Shown here one piece after another: positions 25,111 through 35,152 of a DNA stretch of 64,000 nucleotides. The DNA is from Malacoraja senta (lineage: Eukaryota), in contig CM075990.1 in NCBI GenBank assembly GCA_038087875.1, positions 1,676,001 to 1,740,000 of the forward strand, read 5' to 3'. Position numbers and translations under genes: made by a program. A model generated the notes under the pieces. The model saw nothing but the letters and a program-made list of their open reading frames with translations. It was not told the origin of the DNA and made no database searches. How positions within the stretch are numbered: the stretch's first letter is position 1; every line of letters starts with the position of its first letter.

Positions 25111-25549
25111 CCCTCCCTCAGCCCCGGCTCTCCAACACCCGCGGCCCATGCAGTTAATATGAGTTTTGAAGTTTTAGTTGATCACAGAATTTCTCACGAC
25201 AGAGCGTGAGAAATTTGCGATCAGCGTGAGGGCGTGAGAATTTGCCCAAATGAGTGATTCTTACGCTCAAAGCGTGAGAGTTGGCAGCCCTGCGTCCTAA
25301 TGGGTCACCGGTAGACGGTAGCTTGCCGTAGCTTGATGTCGACTAGGTGGTAGGTTCTTGCAGCTTGTCGTAGACATTGTCCTAGGTGAATCCAGTCGCC
25401 AGTTTGTCGGCGACCTACCACGACTATGACGGTTGCCGGCAGGCGCCGAAAAATTGCCTAAGCGGGACAGGTCAGTCTCACGCTTTGTGCCTGTTTTTCT
25501 TCAAGAGTTAGTTAGATGTTGTGGTTTGGGGGAACCTCGGAGGCTGGCA

Positions 25550-27443
25550 GCGTTGCGGGGTGCTCATACACATGGGACCCATACACAAACAAAAACATTT
25601 CTTCCATCGAACGTGTCCAAAGACAGGCAGCTCGATTTGTTACTAACACCTATGAGAGAGAAGCGAGTGTTACCAAACTTCTGAATTCTCTGGGGTGGAA
25701 CCCTCTCCAAGACAGATGTGAAGCTCACCGTTTGACCTGTTTTTACAAAATGTTAAATGGTCAGCTCGACATAGATGACAAGACCTACACCAAAACCAAA
25801 CCAACTAGGAGCAGACGAGGGCATTCGATCCAATTTGTGATTGCAGCTACCAAGACGATGTTAGACCAGTTAGTCTAACATCGGTAGTGGGGAAACTGCT
25901 AGAGTCAGTTATTAAAGATGGGATAGCAGCACATTTGGAAAGTGGTGAAATCATTGGACAAAGTCAGCATGGATTTACGAAAGGTAAATCATGTCTGACG
26001 AATCTTACAGAATTTTTCGAGGATGTAACTAGTAGAATGGATAGGGCAGAACCAGTGGATGTGATGTATCTGGACTTTCAGAAGGCTTTCGACAAGGTCC
26101 CACATAAGAGATTAATATGCAAACTTAAAGCACACGGTATTGGGGGTTCAGTATTGATGTGGATAGAGAACTGGCTGGCAAACAGGAAGCAAAGAGTAGG
26201 AGTAAACGGGTCCTTTTCACAATGGCAGGCAGTGACTAGTGGGGTACCGCAAGGCTCAGTGCTGGGACCCCAGCTATTTACAATTTATATTAATGAGCTG
26301 GATGATGGAATTGAAGGCAACATCTCCAAGTTTGCGGATGACACTAAGCTGGGGGGCAGTGTTAGCTATGAGGAGGATGCTAGGAGACTGCAAGGTGACT
26401 TGGATAGGCTGGGTGAGTGGGCAAATGTTTGGCAGATGCAGTATAATGTGGATAAATGGTGGCAAAAACAGGAAAGCAGACTATTATCTAAATGGTGGCC
26501 GATTAGGAAAAGGGGAGATGCAGCGAGACCTGGGTGTCATGGTACACCAGTCATTGAAAGTAGGCATGCAGGTGCAGCAGGCAGTGAAGAAAGCGAATGG
26601 TATGTTAGCTTTCATAGCAAAAGGATTTGAGTATAGGAGCAGGGAGGTTCTACTGCAGTTGTACAGGGTCTTGGTGAGACCACACCTGGAGTATTGCGTA
26701 CAGTTTTGGTCTCCAAATCTGTGGAAGGACATTATAGCCATCGAGGGAGTGCAGAGAAGGTTCACCAGACTGATTCCTGGGATGTCAGGACTTTCATATG
26801 AAGAAAGACTGGATAGACTCGGCTTATACTCGCTAGAATTTAGGAGATTGAGAGGGGATCTTATAGAAACTTACAAAATTCTTATGGGGTTGGACAGGCT
26901 AGATGCAGGAAGATTGTTCCCGATGTTGGGGAAGTCCAGGACAAGGGGTCACAGCTTAAGGATAAGGGGGAAATCCTTTAAGACTGAGATGAGAAAAAAC
27001 TTTTTCACACAGAGAGTGGTGAATCTCTGGAACTCTCTGCCACAGAGGGTAGTTGACGCCAGCTCATTGGCTATATTTAAGAGGAAGTTTGATGTGGCCC
27101 TTGTGGCTAAAGGGATCAGGGGGTATGGAGAGAAGGCAGGTACGGGATACTGAGTTGGATGATCAGCCATGATCATATTGAATGGCGGTGCAGGCTCGAA
27201 GGGCCGAATGGCCTACTCCTGCACCTATTTTCTATGTATCTATGTACAGCAATTCGTTCTTCCCCCGCACAATTAATGCATGGAATAATCTCCACCCTAC
27301 CATAGTTACCCAACCAGATGCAACTAAATTTAAGGTAGCTCTTTCTTCCCAAAAACCCTTTCTGGCTTAAGTTCTCCCTCCACCACCTCCAGTTTAAATT
27401 CCATTTGGAATATTTTGGAGGACCAAGAAACCAAGAACCAAGA
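25550..27443 (+). mobile_element. CR1/L2-group LINE 3' fragment with (CCAAGAA)n tail, interrupted by a CR1 RT fragment at about 25861-27244
   Basis: Outer element: IERVQRQAARFV...ATKT|YSNSFFPRTINAWNNL. Inner element: YLDFQKAFDKVPH, GVPQGSVLGP, KFADDTKL and a CR1 3'UTR. Confidence 0.85.
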
Positions 27444-27853
27444 ACCTCCGGCCGTTGGCGGCGCTGCGGGGACCTCCGGCCGTTGGCGGCGCTGCGGGGA
27501 CCTCCGGCCGTTGGCGGCGCTGCGGGGACCTCCGGCTGTTGGCGGCGCTGCGGGGACCTCCGGCCGTTGGCGGCGCTGCGGGGACCTCCGGCCGTTGGCG
27601 GCGCTGCGGGGACCTCCGGCCGTTGGCGGCGCTGCGGGGACCTCCGGCCGTTGGCGGCGCTGCGGGGACCTCCGGCCGTTGGCGGCGCTGCGGGGACCTC
27701 CGGCCGTTGGCGGCGCTGCGGGGACCTCCGGCCGTTGGCGGCGCTGCGGGGACCTCCGGCCGTTGGTGGCGCTGCCGGAACCCCGATTGCTGGCGGCGCT
27801 GCGGGGACCTCCGGCCGTTGGTGGCGCTGCCGGAACCCCGATTGCTGGCGGGA
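27444..27853. repeat. GC-rich 28-bp minisatellite (ACCTCCGGCCGTTGGCGGCGCTGCGGGG), about 15 units
   Basis: Direct tandem repeats; about 7 units in the duplicate at 34412-34597. Confidence 0.97.
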
Positions 27854-28275
27854 TCCTCCGGACGGAAGTAGCGCGCCCGGGACCCGCGGCGGTTGGTGAC
27901 GTTCCAGGCAAACAGGCAGGGGCGCTCCGGCCGGTTGCCGCTTTGTGGCGGCGGGTCAGCGATGGAATGAATGGTCCATCGTGTGTTTCTGTAAGTCTGG
28001 GGGCTTGTTGATGTGCAGATCCCTCGGGTTGCATGTTGGGGATGGGGACCGGGCTCTGTCTTTGTCCCGCTGAAGTTGGAGCGTTGGAGGAGGGGGTGAG
28101 AGTGAATGGCCCGGCCCGGCCCGGGTAGGGTGGGAGCTGGGGAATGGGGCAGTGAGTGACCCGGGTAGGATGGGGTCTGGGAGAAATGGAAATTGTGTGG
28201 ATCAGGGAAGTTATGGTCCATTGGATCAGACAGTTTGTGCGTGTCAGTTCAGAGGGGATCGTTTTTGTTCTGGTG

Positions 28276-28475
28276 NNNNNNNNNNNNNNNNNNNNNNNNN
28301 NNNNNNNNNNNNNNNNNNNNNNNNNNNNNNNNNNNNNNNNNNNNNNNNNNNNNNNNNNNNNNNNNNNNNNNNNNNNNNNNNNNNNNNNNNNNNNNNNNNN
28401 NNNNNNNNNNNNNNNNNNNNNNNNNNNNNNNNNNNNNNNNNNNNNNNNNNNNNNNNNNNNNNNNNNNNNNNNNNN
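28276..28475. other. Assembly gap (200 N)
   Basis: Run of N. Confidence 1.
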
Positions 28476-31400
28476 TTCCCTGAAAAATGAGGAAATTTCG
28501 GATGCCCTGGTGTGGAATGCCTCATCCTGGGAGCAGATGCGGCGTAGACGGAGGAATTGGGAGTGGGGGATGGAGTCCGTACAGGAAGCAGGGTGGGAAG
28601 AAGTGTAGTCCAGATAGCCATGGGAGTCGGTAGGTTTGTAGTGGATGTCGGTAAGAAGTCTATCACCTGCGATGGAGATAGTGAGGTCAAGGAATGGTAG
28701 GGAAGTGTCGGAAATGGTCCAGGTGTATTTGAGTGCCGGATGGAAGTTGGTGGTGAAGCGGATGAAGTCAGTCAGTTGTGTGTGGGTGCAGGATGTGGCA
28801 CCAAAACAGTCATCGATGTAGCGGAGGTAGAGGTCGGGGATGGGGCCCTGGTACGCATTGAACAAGGATTGTTCTACGTACCCGACAAAGAGGCAGGCGT
28901 AGCCGGGGCCCATGCGTGTACCCATAGCTACGACTTGTATTTGGAGGAAATGGGAGGAGTCAAATGAGAAGTTATTGAGGGTAAGGACCAGCTCCGCTAG
29001 GCGGAGGAGGGTGTCAGTGGCTGGGCATAGGTTGCTTTCGTTCCAGGTGCGACAGAGGTTCACCTGCATCTCCTCCAACCTCATCTATTGCATCCGCTGC
29101 TCTAGATGCCAGCTGATCTACATCGGTGAGACCAAGCGGAGGCTCGGCGATCGTTTCGCCGAAGACCTCCGGTCGGTCCGCAATAACCAACCTGACCTCC
29201 CGGTGGCTCAGCACTTCAACTCCCCCTCCCATTCCGTATCTGACCTCTCTGTCCTGGGTCTCCTCCATGGCCACAGCGAGCAACACCGGAAATTGGAGGA
29301 AATGCACCTCATATTCCGCTTGGGCAGTCTACATCCTGGGGGCTTGAACATTGAATTCTCCCAATTCTGTTAGCCCTTGCTGTCCCCTCCCCTTCATCAG
29401 CCCTCTGGTTGGCTCCTCCCCTTCCCCAGCCCTCGGGCTCCTCCTCCGCCTTTTTTCCTTTCTTCTCCCCACCCCCTATCAGTCTGAAGAAGGGTTTTGG
29501 CCCGAAACGTTGCCTATTTCCCTCGCTCCATAGATGCTGCTGCACCCGCTGAGTTTCTCCAGCATTTTTGTGCACCAGCAAACGTAATAGTTGAGTGGCA
29601 AATGACAATAGTGCTACCTTCCAAATATTTAACTGAAGGAAATAATGGGTTATCAGGGCTGTAGGTTGTGACACATAGCCTGACACCTTGCATGTCATTT
29701 TAATATTACATTTATCCCATCCCCCTGGATATTCCGGATGAATAAATTAAGGTTTTGTCAACTAATTGCAAATCAGGCTAATTACAAATCAATAACATTA
29801 GCCAACTCCGAAACATGAAGCGCCGAGCATTGGGATCCAGACATCATGGGCAACTGGCCTCAGTTCCCCGCTCACATCTGGCAGTGTTCTCCGTCTGAAC
29901 CAGGGGCCGTGAAGCATTTATGAAAGTGGGGGAGCTGAGCGATCACTGATCACAGGCCTTGAGGGAGTGGAGCAACCGAGTGGGGAGAGGGTGTGGAAGG
30001 GGGTGTTCCCCCTCCAAGGGTAGGGACTTTTTGAAATTTGATGTATTAAAATCATGTTTTAGTGCATTGTAGAAGTATGATTTCAATTTTTTGAATGAAG
30101 TATTTTTAAGACGTAGCTTTTTAAGGGGTAACTTTTTCCACACAAAGGGTGGTGGGTGTATGGAACAAGCTGCCAGAGGAGGTAGTTGAGGCAGGGACAA
30201 CCCTAACATTTAAGAAACAGTTAGACTGATAGGATAGGTTTGGAGGTATGGCCCAAAAGCAGGTAGCGTAGCTGAGACATGTTGGCTGGTGTGGGCAAGT
30301 TGCGCCAAAGGGCCTGTTTTCAAACTGTATCACTCTACTACTACATTATACCTCCACCATGCATGAATGCTTCAAAATCAAGTGATCGAGTTTTATTGCC
30401 ATATACTCAAGCTTAGAAACATAGAAAATAGGTGCAGGAATAGGCCATTTGGCCCTTCGAGCCACCAGTGCCATTCAATATGATCATGGCTGTTCATCTA
30501 AAATCAGTACCTCTTTCCTGTTTTTTCCCCCCAAATCCCTTGATTTCGTTAGCCCCAAGAGCTAAATGTAACTCTCTCTTGAAAACATCCAGCGAATTGG
30601 CCTGCAATGCCTGTGGGAGAAAATTCCACAGATTCACAACTCTCTGCGTGAAGAAAGTTTGTCCTCATCTCAGTCCTAACTGGCCTACCCATTATTCTTA
30701 AACTGTGACCCCTGGTTCTGAACTTCCCCAACATCGGGAACATTTTTCCTGCAGTTACAGTAAGTGAAATTCTAGCAGGCAAGCAGTGGTTGCTTTCTCC
30801 AACCACTCCCATTTGAAGTCCACTAGCATCCACCGTTTCTACCCAGTGCTTGGTACTTACTTCCAGCAGCCACTGGTGTCCTCCAGGATGAACCGAGCCA
30901 CAGCCTGATCCATGCCAGTTACCTGGGCGAATTTGGCACAGAGACTCTCACGGCAGCAGCGCAACGCTTCCGACCCCTCCAACGGCCTGGGACTCTTGCA
31001 CTGAGGCTGCTCCATGGCTTGAGCTGCAGTGAGTGACTCGCAAGCCCCGCTCCCCGTCCGCATCTGTCCCCGCCGCTGCTTCTGCTTCCAAAACCCGTGG
31101 CCCATGCAGTTGATATGCGTTTTGAAATTTTCGTTGATCACAGAATTTCTCACGACAGAGTATGATAAATTTGTGATCAGTGTGAGAATTTGGCGAAATG
31201 TGTGATTCTCACGCTCATTGCATGACAGTTGGCAGCCCTGCCTCTCTATCCCCCTCTCTCCCCCCACCCTTTCATCTCTCTCTCCCCCCTCTCTCTCCCC
31301 CTCTCTGTCCCCCTCTCTCTCCTCTCTCTCCCTTCCCTCTCCCTTCCCTCTCTCTCCCCTCTCTTTCTCTCCCCTCTCTCTCTCCCTCCCACCTCACTCT

Positions 31401-34400
31401 CTCCCCTCTCTCTCTCCCATCTCTCTCTCTCTCCCCTCTCCCGCTCTCTCCTCCCACCCCCTCCCTCCCCCTCTCTCTCCCCCTCTCTCTGTCCCCTCCC
31501 CTCTCTCTCCTCCCTCGCTCCTCTCTCTCTCCCTCTCTCTCTCTCCCTCTCTCTCCTCTCACCCCCCCCTCTCTCTCCACTGTCTACCCCTCTCTCTCTC
31601 CCCTCTCTCTTCTACCTCCCCTTTCTCTCTTTCTCTCTCCCTCTCTCTCCCCCCTCCCTCCCCCTCTCCCTCCTCTTTCTCTCCCCACCTCACTCTCCCC
31701 ATTCTCTTCGCCCCCTCTCCTCTCTCTCCCCCCTCAACTCCCCCTCTCTCCTCTCTCTCCTCTCTTCCCCTCTCCTTCTCTCCCCCTCTCTCTCTCTTTC
31801 TCCTCTGTGTCTATCTCCTCTTTCCCTTTGCCCCCCCCCCCTCTCTCTCTTCCGCCTTCGACACAGAGACTCTCACGGCAGCGGCGCAACGCTTCCGACC
31901 AAAGATCCTATATGCTCGCTATAGGATCTTTGCTTCCAACGCCTCCGAAGGCCCGGGACTCTTGCGCTGAAGCTGCTCCATGGCCGGAGCTGCAGCGAGC
32001 GACTCGCCAGCCCCGCAAACACTCGCCAGCCCGGCTCATCATCCGCATATGCCGCTGCCGCTGCCGCTTCTGCTTCCATCCCTCCCTCAGCCCCGGCTCT
32101 CCAACACCCGCGGCCCATGCAGTTAATATGAGTTTTGAAGTTTTAGTTGATCACAGAATTTCTCACGACAGAGCGTGAGAAATTTGCGATCAGCGTGAGG
32201 GCGTGAGAATTTGCCCAAATGAGTGATTCTTACGCTCAAAGCGTGAGAGTTGGCAGCCCTGCGTCCTAATGGGTCACCGGTAGACGGTAGCTTGCCGTAG
32301 CTTGATGTCGACTAGGTGGTAGGTTCTTGCAGCTTGTCGTAGACATTGTCCTAGGTGAATCCAGTCGCCAGTTTGTCGGCGACCTACCACGACTATGACG
32401 GTTGCCGGCAGGCGCCGAAAAATTGCCTAAGCGGGACAGGTCAGTCTCACGCTTTGTGCCTGTTTTTCTTCAAGAGTTAGTTAGATGTTGTGGTTTGGGG
32501 GAACCTCGGAGGCTGGCAGCGTTGCGGGGTGCTCATACACATGGGACCCATACACAAACAAAAACATTTCTTCCATCGAACGTGTCCAAAGACAGGCAGC
32601 TCGATTTGTTACTAACACCTATGAGAGAGAAGCGAGTGTTACCAAACTTCTGAATTCTCTGGGGTGGAACCCTCTCCAAGACAGATGTGAAGCTCACCGT
32701 TTGACCTGTTTTTACAAAATGTTAAATGGTCAGCTCGACATAGATGACAAGACCTACACCAAAACCAAACCAACTAGGAGCAGACGAGGGCATTCGATCC
32801 AATTTGTGATTGCAGCTACCAAGACGATGTTAGACCAGTTAGTCTAACATCGGTAGTGGGGAAACTGCTAGAGTCAGTTATTAAAGATGGGATAGCAGCA
32901 CATTTGGAAAGTGGTGAAATCATTGGACAAAGTCAGCATGGATTTACGAAAGGTAAATCATGTCTGACGAATCTTACAGAATTTTTCGAGGATGTAACTA
33001 GTAGAATGGATAGGGCAGAACCAGTGGATGTGATGTATCTGGACTTTCAGAAGGCTTTCGACAAGGTCCCACATAAGAGATTAATATGCAAACTTAAAGC
33101 ACACGGTATTGGGGGTTCAGTATTGATGTGGATAGAGAACTGGCTGGCAAACAGGAAGCAAAGAGTAGGAGTAAACGGGTCCTTTTCACAATGGCAGGCA
33201 GTGACTAGTGGGGTACCGCAAGGCTCAGTGCTGGGACCCCAGCTATTTACAATTTATATTAATGAGCTGGATGATGGAATTGAAGGCAACATCTCCAAGT
33301 TTGCGGATGACACTAAGCTGGGGGGCAGTGTTAGCTATGAGGAGGATGCTAGGAGACTGCAAGGTGACTTGGATAGGCTGGGTGAGTGGGCAAATGTTTG
33401 GCAGATGCAGTATAATGTGGATAAATGGTGGCAAAAACAGGAAAGCAGACTATTATCTAAATGGTGGCCGATTAGGAAAAGGGGAGATGCAGCGAGACCT
33501 GGGTGTCATGGTACACCAGTCATTGAAAGTAGGCATGCAGGTGCAGCAGGCAGTGAAGAAAGCGAATGGTATGTTAGCTTTCATAGCAAAAGGATTTGAG
33601 TATAGGAGCAGGGAGGTTCTACTGCAGTTGTACAGGGTCTTGGTGAGACCACACCTGGAGTATTGCGTACAGTTTTGGTCTCCAAATCTGTGGAAGGACA
33701 TTATAGCCATCGAGGGAGTGCAGAGAAGGTTCACCAGACTGATTCCTGGGATGTCAGGACTTTCATATGAAGAAAGACTGGATAGACTCGGCTTATACTC
33801 GCTAGAATTTAGGAGATTGAGAGGGGATCTTATAGAAACTTACAAAATTCTTATGGGGTTGGACAGGCTAGATGCAGGAAGATTGTTCCCGATGTTGGGG
33901 AAGTCCAGGACAAGGGGTCACAGCTTAAGGATAAGGGGGAAATCCTTTAAGACTGAGATGAGAAAAAACTTTTTCACACAGAGAGTGGTGAATCTCTGGA
34001 ACTCTCTGCCACAGAGGGTAGTTGACGCCAGCTCATTGGCTATATTTAAGAGGAAGTTTGATGTGGCCCTTGTGGCTAAAGGGATCAGGGGGTATGGAGA
34101 GAAGGCAGGTACGGGATACTGAGTTGGATGATCAGCCATGATCATATTGAATGGCGGTGCAGGCTCGAAGGGCCGAATGGCCTACTCCTGCACCTATTTT
34201 CTATGTATCTATGTACAGCAATTCGTTCTTCCCCCGCACAATTAATGCATGGAATAATCTCCACCCTACCATAGTTACCCAACAGATGCAACTAAATTTA
34301 AGGTAGCTCTTTCTTCCCAAAAACCCTTTCTGGCTTAAGTTCTCCCTCCACCACCTCCAGTTTAAATTCCATTTGGAATATTTTGGAGGACCAAGAAACC

Positions 34401-35019
34401 AAGAACCAAGAACCTCCGGCCGTTGGCGGCGCTGCGGGGACCTCCGGCCGTTGGCGGCGCTGCGGGGACCTCCGGCCGTTGGCGGCGCTGCGGGGACCTC
34501 CGGCTGTTGGCGGCGCTGCGGGGACCTCCGGCCGTTGGCGGCGCTGCGGGGACCTCCGGCCGTTGGTGGCGCTGCCGGAACCCCGATTGCTGGCGGGATC
34601 CTCCGGACGGAAGTAGCGCGCCCGGGACCCGCGGCGGTTGGTGACGTTCCAGGCAAACAGGCAGGGGCGCTCCGGCCGGTTGCCGCTTTGTGGCGGCGGG
34701 TCAGCGATGGAATGAATGGTCCATCGTGTGTTTCTGTAAGTCTGGAGGCTTGTTGATGTGCAGATCCCTCGGGTTGCATGTTGGGGATGGGACCGGGCTC
34801 TGTCTTTGTCCCGCTGAAGTTGGAGGGTTGGAGGAGGGGGTGAGAGTGAATGGCCCGGCCCGGCCCGGGTAGGGTGGGAGCTGGGGAATGGGGCAGTGAG
34901 TGACCCGAGTAGGATGGGGTCTGGGAGAAATGGAAATTGTGTGGATCAGGGAAGTTATGGTCCATTGGATCAGACAGTTTGTGCGTGTCAGTTCAGAGGG
35001 GATCGTTTTTGTTCTGGTG
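28476..35019 (+). repeat. Near-identical direct duplicate of 21504-28275, including second copies of the Penelope part, TDP2-like exons, right TIR, LINEs and minisatellite
   Basis: Identical ORF translations at an offset of about 6970; both copies end or begin exactly at the gap. Confidence 0.97.
34412..34735 (+). promoter_or_regulatory. CpG island, putative promoter and non-coding first exon of the NLR-like gene
   Basis: CpG-rich; ETS-like CGGAAGT at 34608-34614; donor TCT|GTAAGT at 34736; next acceptor ttattacag| at 35059. Confidence 0.5.
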
Positions 35020-35091
35020 CCAAATATTGTCTAATCCTCCTGTTCATACGTTATTACAGAGTAACATAATTTGGGAACTCCAGTCACCAGC

Positions 35092-35152
35092 ATGGCTGAA
35101 AGTGCAGACGGCGGAGGGAATGCAGTGACCTCAACGTCAAACAAAGACAAAG
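35092..35152 (+). CDS. NLR-like gene, first coding exon (MAESADGGGNAVTSTSNKDK, phase-1 donor)
   Basis: Acceptor at 35059, ATG in context agcATGG, donor AAAG|gtttgt. Confidence 0.6.

Larger units (their letters stand above)
18930..25292. mobile_element. Composite non-autonomous TIR DNA transposon (hAT-like ends), 6363 bp
   Basis: Perfect 13-bp TIRs CAGGGCTGCCAAC (18930) and GTTGGCAGCCCTG (ends 25292); 6-bp TSD CGTCCT at 18924-18929 and 25293-25298; (C)GTGAGA subterminal repeats at both ends; a second right end at 24267. Confidence 0.75.
18600..25472. mobile_element. CpG-rich non-autonomous DNA-transposon-like element (two parts, 18600-18929 and 25293-25472) split by a 6.36-kb insertion
   Basis: The gtcgtag/gtcgcc-rich sequence resumes across the CGTCCT duplication; ends ...cctaagcgggacagg, resembling a Harbinger-type terminus. 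Confidence 0.55.

Noticed and set aside
24225..25209. Long Pro/Ser/Leu or Arg/Glu/Gly ORFs (also 31198-32178)
   Set aside because: Stop-free artefacts of the CT tract
27444..27853. 28-bp repeats as a CRISPR array
   Set aside because: Units are contiguous with no unique spacers, there are no cas genes, and the context is vertebrate; it is a minisatellite
27330..29084. 584-aa ORF as an RT fusion protein
   Set aside because: Chimera that reads through the N gap and the minisatellite
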